A stretch of DNA of 64,000 nucleotides from Macrostomum lignano. Taxonomy: Eukaryota. Numbering within the stretch: position 1 is the first letter of the stretch; each line of letters begins with the position of its first letter. The stretch is from the NCBI GenBank assembly GCA_002269645.1, contig NIVC01000570.1:124001-188000 (forward strand). Reading direction: 5' to 3'. Below the pieces are notes generated by a model that saw nothing but the letters and a program-made list of their open reading frames with translations, searched no databases and was not told where the DNA came from. Below are positions 1 through 11,196 of this stretch, in pieces. Position numbers and translations under genes: made by a program.

Positions 1-137
1 AAAAGCTGTTTAAATACAGTTTTATCCGAAACATAGTAGGTACTCGCACTCGCAGGCCCCAGCAACCTAGGAGGACACAGGGTGCACAGCGACCCTGGCT
101 TTTTCATCGTTAGAGATGTACACAGCTGACTACTCAC

Positions 138-1418
138 TTCATCGTTATTTGATCGCGCACCGCAGCTGACCCAGTGCAGTCAAGCTCGGACATGTTTGCG
201 CTGGTGCTCCTAAATAATCCAGTCTGAGCGCTGTCCACTTTGAACACTTTAGTCGCAATGTCGGACATCTTTTTGACACCCGAATATTCTTCTTTGTTTC
301 CTTTGTCCACAAATGATTTGGCATCGCCAACTGAATTCGGAGAGCAGGATGCCTCGCTTGGCAACTGAGCTGTGCCTTCCGAGCTCACGGACGCCTTTGG
401 TGACGCTGGCGTATTCGAAGATTCACTGCGATATTGCCGTTGCTCATGCTGGTACTGATGCTGCTGATAGTCCTGACGATGCTGATATTGATACTCTTGT
501 TGGTGCTGCTGATGCTCCCGCTGGCTCCGATATTGAGCATGATACTGTTGCTGCAACGTGACAGACGGTTCAACTATTCGATGTCGCTCGGTCTTAGACA
601 AGATTTTCACACAGTTTTCTGTGCATCGAAGGCCTGATGGCTGGCACTGCGGCGGCTCTTGCAGCTTTTGATGTCGCTGCAAGAGCCGATGCAGTTCCGG
701 AGGCACAGAGTTCAGCGAACTGCTTCGCCTTGGTGGCACGGGACTCTTGAATTCTGATACAGCGGCAGGGGTCGTCTGCTTTGGCGAGCGATTTCTGGGG
801 CTCCTTTCCAGACTGAGCAGAGCGAATGACTTGCCCGTCATCGACGGCTGCTGAGCTGCAGGCTTGGCAGATTTACCAGTAGCGCCTGTTTCGCTTGAAG
901 CCGTCGTCGTTTGACGGCTGGACCGAGAGCTCGAGCGGCAGCGGATCGGGGCCATGGCCAGGTCCCGAACCCGGCTCAGGGCGCTGCTGCTGCGCCGCCG
1001 TTCGTCTGACCGTTGGATAGCTTTGAATGCCTTCACCAGCTCGCGGCTACCCTTGATGACGTCGTGCGACATGGCTTTGCTGCGCAGGCACAAGTCCTTC
1101 AGCAGCTTGGTTGTCTCGCGATATTTGACGCTGATTAAGTCCGGACTATTATCCACTTTGAAGCTCAGAGCCGAGCGCAGCTCCGACCTGAGCAGGTCAA
1201 ATAGCCGGCCGCTGTAGTTGCTGTGCAGCTGCAGAACGAGCAGGGCGGAGCTTAGCTTTCTCGATAGGGTGTCCCCAGTTGCTGCTGCTGAAGCGGCTTC
1301 AGACGGCTGTTGCAGTTGCTGCTGTTGCAGAATCTGCTGCAACTGTTGGCACTGACCAATTAGCAGAGCGCCGCACTTTTCCAATAAAGTCAATGTCTGC
1401 TGTTCCGATTGTTCGTCC
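138..1418 (-). CDS. Large coding exon of an uncharacterised Q/S-rich protein with a helical N-terminus; the gene probably continues off the left edge
   Basis: Open frame from ATG 1418 (MDEQSEQQ...) for about 427 codons with GC-rich coding-like composition. The apparent stop at 134-136 lies inside a consensus donor AA|GTGAGT (GT at 137-136), so this is probably an exon end. No family recognised. Confidence 0.6.
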
Positions 1419-2144
1419 ATGGATAAACAGAACAGGCCTGTAAAATTAATGCGCGGTCCGACGTTAATGTTTCTGTTTGGATGCCATACGCAGCCAGTTT
1501 TTACTTTTAGCCTGAGCGTCCTTAAATGCATTCCGCATAGGCTGTACGCCTCGTCTACCTCACTAGGCCTTTGCTGCCATAGAAATCAAAATAATCCATA
1601 TACTAAAAATGGTCTGTCGGTATGTGTGTGTGTGTATGTGTGTGTGTGTGATCGATTTTAGCAAAAATGGCTCAACCGATTTTGTTCAAACTTGCACCAT
1701 TCGATCAGAAATTTTTCCGTGACGGTACATGCATCGTGGCTAAGAAATTGCTCGATGCTAAAGGGATTAAATATTCGAAAAACATGCTTTTTTGCAAAGG
1801 TCAAGCAGCTATTTCGACTTGAAACGCACTGTAAAAATGCTAGAGAAAAAACTGACTGGTTGAATTCTGATTCTGAAATAGATTGCATCACAATACACTT
1901 TATTTATCGTCTGTGTACTGGCTGAATTTGACACTCAATTGAATTGCGTCACAGCTTTGAGTGTGAAAGTATAGTGCAGTACTGAATTTATATTACGTAA
2001 CCATATTGTTAGCTTTCATAGACACTGGTACTGACTTGCCTAAGAAATTGATTATGTCATAACTGCTTCGCGTGACTTTTTACTCTACCTGACTTGGTGT
2101 GAGTGTTGAATTATATAAGTGGTACAAATTCACTGATAACTTCG

Positions 2145-2255
2145 ATGAGAGCTAGCCTAGAGCTGAGCAGACCAGACTGCTAATGCAGCGACCTGGGTTC
2201 GAATCTAAGTAGTTTAAAAGTAGTAGTGTAAAATTTTTTATTAAAAGCTTTTATT
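2145..2255 (+). other. tRNA-derived (SINE-head-like) module, copy 1
   Basis: A-box-like TAGCCTAGAGCTG, anticodon-arm-like GACTGCTAAT (as in tRNA-Ser GCT) and B-box GGTTCGAATC, followed by a T-run. No acceptor-stem pairing, so not a functional tRNA. Confidence 0.5.
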
Positions 2256-2279
2256 AAAGGACTAAATAAAAACACTTAG

Positions 2280-3830
2280 ATTACTGCACTCGATAAGCTA
2301 AGGATTATTGCTCTTGGCAAACCAAGGAATACTGCACTCGATAAGCCAAGGATTATTGCTATTAATAAACCAAGGACTATTGCTATTAATAAACCAAGGA
2401 TTACTGCACTCAATAAACCAAGGACTATTGCTCTTGGCAAACCAAGGATTACTGCACTCGATAAGCCAAGGACTATTGCTCTTGGCAAACCAAGGATTAC
2501 TGCACTCGATAAGCCAAGGACTATTGCTCTTGGCAAACCAAGGATTACTGCACTCGATAAGCCATGGATTATTGCTATTAATAAACCAAGGATTACTGCA
2601 CTCGATAAGCCAAGGATTATTGCTATTAATAAACCAAGGATTACTGCACTCGATAAGCCAAGGATTATTGCTATTAATAAACCAAGGATTACTGCACTCA
2701 ATAAACCAAGGACTATTGCTCTTGGCAAACCAAGGATTACTGCACTTGATTAATCAAGGATTATTGCTATTAATAAACCAAGGATTACTGCACTCGATAA
2801 GCCAAGGATTATTGCTATTAATAAACCAAGGATTACTGCACTCGATAAGCCAAGGATTATTGCTATTAATAAACCAAGGATTACTGCACTCGATAAGCCA
2901 AGGATTATTGCTATTAATAAACCAAGGATTACTGCACTCGATAAACCAAGGATTATTGCTATTAATAAACCAAGGATTATGCACTTGGCAAACCAAGGAT
3001 TACTGCACTCGATAAGCCAAGGATTATTGCTATTAATAAACCAAAAATTACTGCACTCAATAAACCAAGGACTATTGCTATTAATAAACCAAGGATTACT
3101 GCACTCAATAAACCAAGGACTATTGCTCTTGGCAAACCAAGGATTACTGCACTCGATAAGCCAAGGACTATTGCTCTTGGCAAACCAAGGATTACTGCAC
3201 TCGATAAGCCAAGGATTATTGCTATTAATAAACCAAGGATTATTGCTATTAATAAACCAAGGATTACTGCACTCGATAAACCAAGGATTATTGCTATTAA
3301 TAAACCAAGGATTATGCACTTGGCAAACCAAGGATTACTGCACTCGATAAGCCAAGGATTATTGCTATTAATAAACCAAGGATTACTGCACTCAATAAAC
3401 CAAGGACTATTGCTCTTGGCAAACCAAGGATTACTGCACTTGATTAATCAAGGATTATTGCTATTAATAAACCAAGGATTACTGCACTCGATAAGCCAAG
3501 GATTATTGCTATTAATAAACCAAGGATTACTGCACTCGATAAGCCAAGGATTATTGCTATTAATAAACCAAGGATTACTGCACTCGATAAGCCAAGGATT
3601 ATTGCTATTAATAAACCATGAATTACTGCACTCGATAAGCCAAGGATTATTGCTATTAATAAACCAAGGATTACTGCACTCATAAGCCATGGATTATTGC
3701 TATTAATAAACCAAGGATTACTTACTGCACTTGGCAAACCAAGAATTACTGCACTCGATAAGCCATGGATTATTGCTATTAATAAACCAAGGATTACTGC
3801 ACTCGATAGCCAAGGATTACTGCGCTTGAT
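2280..3830. repeat. Minisatellite of 21-bp subunits forming a ~42-bp dimer (AAACCAAGGATTACTGCACTCGATAAGCCAAGGATTATTGCTATTAAT)
   Basis: Direct tandem repetition; the overlapping ORFs here are repeat translations. Confidence 0.97.
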
Positions 3831-3859
3831 AAGCTTGGCTACATGTATAGGATTATTTC

Positions 3860-4085
3860 TATCCAGGGATGCTTGCTATTTAGGGATTCTTGCTATGTGC
3901 AGGATGCTTGCTATCTGGAAGGATGCTTCTACATTATTTGGGGTATGCTTGCTATCTGCAAGATGCTTGCTATCTGCAAGATGCTTGCTATCTGCAGATG
4001 CTTGCTATCTGCAGATGCTTGCTATCTGGGTGGATGCTTGCTAGGAGTATAAGGGGATGCTTGCTACTGGGGGATGCTTGCTGTC
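3860..4085. repeat. 18-bp tandem repeat (GGATGCTTGCTATCTGCA), related to the preceding array unit
   Basis: Direct tandem repetition. Confidence 0.9.
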
Positions 4086-4124
4086 TTGGGAATATTTTCT
4101 ATTTAGGGGTAATGACTAAAATTC

Positions 4125-4226
4125 ATGAGAGCTAGCCTAGAGGTAAACAGACTAAACTGCTAAATGCAGGGACGATGGTTCGAATTTTTAGAGAGAAGAG
4201 TTTTTTTTAATTAAAGCTTTTTAACG
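4125..4226 (+). other. tRNA-derived module, copy 2
   Basis: ATGAGAGCTAGCCTAGAG...ACTGCTAAATGCAG...GGTTCGAAT plus T-run; clearly homologous to 2145-2255. Confidence 0.5.
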
Positions 4227-4244
4227 CCAAGACAAAAAAAATTA

Positions 4245-6060
4245 TGGAAGCGTCATGTAAACAATCATACAACCGTCATGTAAACAATCATAGAAGCGTC
4301 ATGTAAAAATCATAGAAGCGTCATGTAAAAATCATAGAAGCGTCATGTAAAAATCATAGAAGCGTCATGTAAACAATCATAGAAGCGTCATGTTAAAATC
4401 ATAAAAGCGTCATGTAAAATCATAAAAGCGTCATAAAAAATCATAGAAGCGTCATGCAAACAATCATAAAAGCGTCATGTTAAAATCACACAAGCGTCAT
4501 GTAAACAATCATACAAGCGTCATGTAAACAATCATAGAAGCGTCATGTAAAAAATCATAGAAGCGTCATGTTAAAATCATAAAAGCGTCATAAAAAATCA
4601 TAGAAGCGTCATGTAAACAATCATACAAGCGTCATGTAAACAATCATAGAAGCGTCATGTAAACATCATAGAAGCGTCATGTAAAAATCATAGAAGCGTC
4701 ATGTAAAAATCATAGAAGCGTCATGTAAACAATCATAAAAGCGTCATGTAAACAATCATAGAAGCGTCATGTAAACAAAAATAGAAGCGTCATGTAAACA
4801 ATCATAGAAGCGTCATGTAAAAAATCATAGAAGCGTCATGTAAACAATCATAGAAGCGTCATGTAAAAATCATAGAAGCGTCATGAAAAAATCATAGAAG
4901 CGTCATGTAAAAATCATAGAAGCGTCATGTAAAAATCATAGAAGCGTCATGTAAACAATCATAGAAGCGTCATGTTAAAATCAAAGAAGCGTCATGTAAA
5001 CAATCATACAAGCGTCATGTAAACAATCATAGAAGCGTCATGTAAAAAATCATAGAAGCGTCATGTTAAAATCATAAAAGCGTCATAAAAAATCATAGAA
5101 GCGTCATGTAAACAATCATACAAGCGTCATGTAAACAATCATAGAAGCGTCATGTAAACAATCATAGAAGCGTCATGTAAAAATCATAGAAGCGTCATGT
5201 AAAAATCATAGAAGCGTCATGTAAACAATCATAAAAGCGTCATGTAAACAATCATAGAAGCGTCATGTAAACAAAAATAGAAGCGTCATGTAAACAATCA
5301 TAGAAGCGTCATGTAAAAAATCATAGAAGCGTCATGTAAACAATCATAGAAGCGTCATGTAAAAATCATAGAAGCGTCATGAAAAAATCATAGAAGCGTC
5401 ATGTAAAAATCATAGAAGCGTCATGTAAAAATCATAGAAGCGTCATGTAAACAATCATAGAAGCGTCATGTTAAAATCAAAGAAGCGTCATGTAAACAAT
5501 CATACAAGCGTCATGTAAACAATCATAGAAGCGTCATGTAAAAAATCATAGAAGCGTCATGTTAAAATCATAAAAGCGTCATAAAAAATCATAGAAGCGT
5601 CATGTAAACAATCATGGAAGCGTCATGTAAACAATCATAGAAGCGTCATGTAAAAATCATAGAAGCGTCATGTAAAAATCATAGAAGCGTCATGTAAACA
5701 ATCATAGAAGCGTCATGTTAAAATCAAAGAAGCGTCATGTAAACAATCATACAAGCGTCATGTAAACAATCATAGAAGCGTCATGTAAAAAATCATAGAA
5801 GCGTCATGTAAACAATCATACAAGCGTCATGTAAACAATCATAAAAGCGTCATGTAAACAATCATAAAAGCGTCATGTAAACAATCATAAAAGCGTCATG
5901 TAAACAAGCATAGAAGCGTCATGTTAACATAGAAGCGTCATGAAAAAATCACAGAAGCCTCATATAAAAACTAATGAAAGTGTGTCATTTAAAAAATTAA
6001 GAAGCATCATGGAAGAATAAAAGAAGCGTAACGTAAAAATCAAAAGAAGCGTCATGTCAG
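4245..6060. repeat. 22/23-bp minisatellite (ATCATAGAAGCGTCATGTAAACA)
   Basis: Direct tandem repetition that degenerates after ~5950. Confidence 0.97.
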
Positions 6061-6139
6061 ACATGAAACAAGTGTCATAAAAATTAAATGAAGCTATAGT
6101 GCTGTGCTGGGGAGAATCACTGAGACGTCAAGGCTCACA

Positions 6140-7070
6140 GAGAATAACTGAGATTACAGGGGGGTTTCTGAGATGTTAAAGCAAAAGTCAGAAGCTACTT
6201 CAAAGTACATGTACTTTACTTAAGTTTTTTTATTGCATTCTTTGTTAGCTTGCCACGGTGGGGGGGGCGCTGATAGAAAAAGAGTCATGTAAAAATAAAA
6301 GGAGCACTATGTATACATAAAATAAAAGTCATGTCAAAGTTAAAAGATTCATTTGGGAATTGCTACGATGTCAAAGCTTGGAGGGAATCGTTATAGTGCT
6401 GTGATTCTTAAAGAAGGAATCATTTAAATGCCAAGGCTTAGGGAAGAAGAATTGCTGTGATTTCAAGGCTTTAGGTTGGGTGAAAGTTAGGTTTACGTCA
6501 GGTTTGGGTTGAGGGTTAGATTTTAGCGCGTTTCAAGGTTAACAGGGGATTTTTTAGATTTCAAGGTTTATGGGGGCATCGCTGACATGTCAAGGCTTAC
6601 GAGGGGAATCTATCTATCTATCTATCTATAGCTGAGATGTCAAGGCTCACGGGGGAATAAATGAGATGTCAAGGCTAATGTCAGAAGCTACATGTAGTTT
6701 ATTGGAAAAAAGTTATTACATTATTTGTTGGCTCCTCACGGGAGGGATCGCTGATAGAAAAAGCGTAATGTAAAAAAAAGAAGCTTCATGTCGAAGTTAA
6801 GAGATTCATTTAGGAATCCCTACGATGTCGAGGCTTGCAGGGAATCGCTATAATGCTGTAGTAGTGCTATAATGACTCTTAGAGAGAATTACTGAAATTT
6901 CAATGCTTTAGGGTTAGGGTTAGGGTTAGGGTTAGGGTTAGGGTTAGAAAGTAGACAGATTTTTTAAGATTTCAAGGCTTATGGGAGCATCGCTGAGATG
7001 TCAAGGGGGGAGTTGATATTTTAAGGCTTGTGGGGAGGGATTGCTGACATGTCAAGGCTTACAAGGGTAC
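6140..7070. repeat. Diverged ~500-bp tandem duplication with GAGATGTCAAGGCT sub-motifs
   Basis: 6165-6600 aligns by eye with 6660-7060 (GTCAGAAGCTAC...CGCTGATAGAAAA...AGATTCATTT.GGAAT..CTACGATGTC). Confidence 0.7.
6908..6947 (+). repeat. Interstitial telomeric repeat (TTAGGG)6
   Basis: Six perfect TTAGGG units plus TTAG. Confidence 0.9.
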
Positions 7071-7969
7071 TGGTAGCGTACTGAAGCATACTGGTAGAAG
7101 TAGCTCTGAAAGAAGGCAAGTATGGTTGAATTTCAATGTCTGTTATAAAATTCTGCACAAACATGTTTTATTGGTACATAAGCCTGGAATTAAAATGAGA
7201 ATTCGATTCCTAGCCCCCTCCCTAAGAATTTTTTTTCACTTTAAAGGATTCGTCCCTTGCTTATTGGCCACCCCGAAGGGGGGCGCTAGATTGCTAGTAT
7301 GTTTCTATTTTTAGTTTGAAAGTGCCCATAATAAAAAACGAATAAAAGAAAAGAATACATTAAAAACTAGCCGATCATAACCGCGGCAAATTAAAGGGAA
7401 CAAAGTCTCGCGAAGGTGAATTTTTGCGTTCTTGCCCCCTAAATTCATGGCGGACAAGCAATTCATGGTTGTATGCATAGGTTCTACATACATGTATGAT
7501 ACATGCAGACAACAATTTTTTGTATTTAGCACAATTTTTTCTCTAAGTCTAGGACACTCTTTTCTCTGTAAAATAACATGGGTGTCAAGTCGCTCCCAGT
7601 AAACGATGACAAGGCTGCCCGTGGGCTTGGTTGAGTCAAGTGCGAAGTTGTATATTTGAGACGAGAGAAATATCGCAAAGATAGTGAGATACGAGGTGGT
7701 AGGTGGCGAGACCAATATATAGGCTTAAAAGACAAACAAGTGAGTGGGCTTAAAACTTAGAATCGATCACTACTGAATATTATCATGTCAAGGGAGAGAG
7801 AGAGAAAGTACACAGAGCAGCGTACACCGGGGTAGGCCGGTTTGGCTAGTTAGGCTAGTTGGCTAGTTAGAGTTATTACTCATTATTGAACTCAGGTGAG
7901 TCAGGTGCAGTGCAGTACATTAAAACACGCCCGGCACCTCAGACCATAGACATTCTTTCTGCTCAAACC

Positions 7970-8370
7970 GGGTCCATGAGAATTGCCCGCCGAGATTTGC
8001 CCGCAGTGCATTTTGCCCGCGAGTGAATTGCCCGCCGAGTTTTTTCCCCGCCGAGGTTTGCCCGCAATGTTTTTTCCTGCAGCGCATTTGGCAGCTAGAT
8101 TCTGTCTGCAATGCCCCCCCCCCAAAAAAAATGCATTTGATATGCAATTACTATCAAAACGTTTGATCGGGTAAATCTCTTTATCAAGACTTACTAAGCA
8201 TTGGGGAGGCAATGCAGACAAGATCTGCCGCGTGGCCAAATGCGCTGTAGGAAAAAAGCACTGCGGGCAAACCTCGGCGGGAAAAGACTCGGCGGGCAAA
8301 TCCCGATGGGCAAATCTCCTGCGCGCAAATCTCGGCGGGAAATTCGTCTGCGGGCATTTCTCGTGCTCCC
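7970..8370. mobile_element. MULE/Mutator-type foldback MITE
   Basis: Perfect 9-bp TSD GCTCAAACC (7961-7969 and 8371-8379). Termini GGGTCCATGAGAATTGCCCGC and, in reverse complement, GGGAGCACGAGAAATGCCCGC. Long inverted arms built of TTTGCCCGCCGAG subrepeats. Confidence 0.85.
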
Positions 8371-9826
8371 GCTCAAACCAATGCCTAATCATAGAACTCC
8401 TTTCGCAAGCTATCATTTTTTCTTCATAATAGGTGGTTAGGCCATAGACATCACGATAATCTTGCATGTCTCTCAGTCGAGTCTCTCAGTCAGACATTGG
8501 CGTGTTGTCTATGGCCCAACCCCTAGCTTTGTTATATACGAGCTTTCAACTCTGGACGTCCGAATTTTTTAACTTAGCATACGATCTATACCGGAGAACA
8601 CCGAATTGGTTTAAAATCTTGAACGAGTCCTCTACCAGTTGGCTGAGCTACATAATGTAAACTGCCTTCTGTGGCGGATTTCGTCTGAGCGCTCTATAGA
8701 TACTGAAGCCAATATATTAAACAAGTTCCTTTGGGAAATTTCTGGTTGGCTATAGCTGCTCCCTTGTGGATACATACCCAACCACACACAATCGGAGTGT
8801 GTAACATTTCGGCCCAGACCAACTCGCTGTAAGGCATGCATATCTGTATACTGCGATAACTGCGCCTTAGGGATCGACCCTCGATGGGCGCTCTCGATCG
8901 GGCCAAGCAGCAATTTTAGCTGCAATGCTAATGAATCTTGCAATATCCAGAATTTCTATGGTTTGCGGATACTTTTGATCTGTCATGCTCAAATTGACAG
9001 CACTAAAACGTCTCTGCATAACAATATTCTTGCGTTGTGTTTTGGTAGTGTTTAATTCTGCTGCGTCTCTTAGAAATCGCTGTTGAGTATGTAGTGCATG
9101 CGTCCTTGTCTGTTTGCAGGTCGCGATGCACTTTGGGGCTGGCTGGGGGGGAGGGGTTGGCGGGCGTAGCGGGGTCTGGCTGGCGGCCGGGCTTTGTGCG
9201 TGCCCCTCCCCCGCCATGCGCCCTGCCCCGTGCTCAGGGCTGGTTGGCTGCGGCCGGGCCGGCTTTACGCCCCCCCCCTAGGCGGGGTTTTGATTGGCTG
9301 GCAAGTGCGTCCAGTCTATTTGTTTGTTGTTGGTGTGCTCTATTTTTGCGGGCTTAGCCGGTAGGGCCGTCTGCTCCGCCCCCACCCTCAGGCCTGTAGT
9401 GGTATTTACCCGTATTAATTTGCGCCCGGGTTTTTTGACTGCCCCTTTTCGCTCTGGGTTTTTCCCGCTCACTTCGTACTGCGACATTGAGAAAAAAATG
9501 TTTAGGTAATAATAAATTTAGTTCTAACCACAAATACTAGAATAACTACACTCAACAACATCGAAAAGTCGCCATCACAGAAAATTCCGTCTGTGGTCGC
9601 CACTTTTGAGAGTGCAGGTAAAGTCTCTCAACCTTTGAGAGTGATGCAACTCAGCTACGCAACTCAGGACGGATTAAGGCTACCCCTCAGTTTTTTTGTA
9701 CCAGTTTTATTTCAGAATAGCCCAAGAGAAATTGCTCACTGGCGCATTGAGTGGCGACTTTTCAATTTTGCTAAGTATAGATGGGCCACTCAGGCATATA
9801 TAGCTCGTACTTAGTAAATCAGATTT

Positions 9827-10166
9827 CTACTTTCAGTTCAGTAGCAAAGAAGAATACATAAGCCATTTTATAAACATAACCGCAGCTGAAATGAATTTGA
9901 TAAGTTTAGAAGCCCAAGCTTGCAGGCGTAAATAACTGGCTAATTGGTTCAGCAATAATGTACATTAGCCAGTCCACTGAAATGTACATGGCAGCTTTAG
10001 GCTGGAATTCTGAGAAAGGCAATAAAAATTGGAGCGGGGCGGAGGTAGTGTGGAAAGGCGCGGTTGGAGGGTTTAAGCTGCATCGGGGTAAGAGCCAATA
10101 AACGAGCCTTGGCTTTAAAAATACATTAAAATGTTTCAGTTTAACTTGCTACTGAACTGAAAGTAG
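9827..10166. mobile_element. MITE with 21-bp perfect inverted repeats; diverged relatives at ~47420-47670 and ~33690-33750
   Basis: CTACTTTCAGTTCAGTAGCAA at 9827-9847 with its reverse complement at 10146-10166. The internal AATGTACAT...CATGGCAGCTTTAGGCTGG...GGCAATAAAAAT...GAGCCAATAAACG is shared with 47420-47670. Confidence 0.7.
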
Positions 10167-11196
10167 CTTGCACGGAAACGTGCTGAGTGGTCCATAGTTA
10201 TTCTAGTATCTGTGGTTCTAACAAAGTTTCAAGTTGTACGACACCGCAAATGAATCGACAACGACCCAGAAGGGCAAGAGCAAGCCAGAAGCTAGCTTAA
10301 ACGCGCATCTGATAACCCGGCCACCGGTTCAGTCTTTTCTGGGAAGCTTGTTAGGCTGCAGGGAGTTCTCACCAGAGCGTCATAACGCCGGGAGAGCGGA
10401 CCCTATATATACCATACTTTACTTCTATTATACTGTACTAATGTACGCTCGTATAAGCACCAGAGAGTGTCACAACACCTCTGGGAGCAACGCTAGTTCT
10501 GTGCGTCATCACGCCAGAACGAGCAATTTCGTACTCAGAGCGTCATCACGCCTGTGAGTAGCAGTATCACATTGGCAGAGCGTCACAACGCCTGCAGGTA
10601 CAACCGTACTTGGGCTGGGCACCCGAATCGACCCCGATTGCTACAAATTCAACGTTCAACATTCTAGATCCCACTACAACTTTATTGGAACGAGCATGCA
10701 TAGATTTACTATCGCAGGGCCTGCATGCTTATTCACAGCTGTTTCCTATTCACTGCCCAGCCCCAACCGGTAGAAATTCTAAATTAAGAAGCCCAAATTC
10801 TGAGTAATTAACCAGTCCCCAAACGGTAGGCAGACGATGGAATACGTTGCCGAATTGGAATTGACATTTCGGTCGAAGTTCTTATATTCAAACAAGAATA
10901 AGGATGGCCTTTCGACGCCTTATTCGCTAATTGCATGCTGAAAAAGGCATAGCGCGAGCTAGGCTTAATGCCTAATACAAAGTGTTCCAGATCCAGCGCA
11001 GTGAAAGTTTCTCCGACAGCCAATGGAATCGGCTCTCCAAATTGTGTCAGAATTTTCATATCAAACGCGAAAACCAATCCCCGCCCGCTGAGTATTTCCT
11101 CGCTTTCCTTTCTCGATGCTTTCTCGATGCTTACATTCTCCGACCGGACACTCGGCGTAGCGTCAATCAATCAAGCTTTCGGCCACTGGTGGCGAT

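Noticed and set aside
2145-2206. Functional tRNA-Ser(GCT) gene (also 4125-4186 and 32390-32468)
   Set aside because: No acceptor-stem pairing and no long variable arm; treated as tRNA-derived sequence.
2276-3737. Many overlapping ORFs (LLLINQG.., SAVILG..)
   Set aside because: Translations of the 21/42-bp minisatellite; open in several frames on both strands.
7265-7292. CTCF-like motif AGGGGGGCGCTA
   Set aside because: A single short match with no supporting context.
10375-10592. CRISPR-like repeat-spacer appearance
   Set aside because: Repeats are only 15 bp and imperfect, linkers share GAGCA remnants, there are no cas genes, and the context is eukaryotic.
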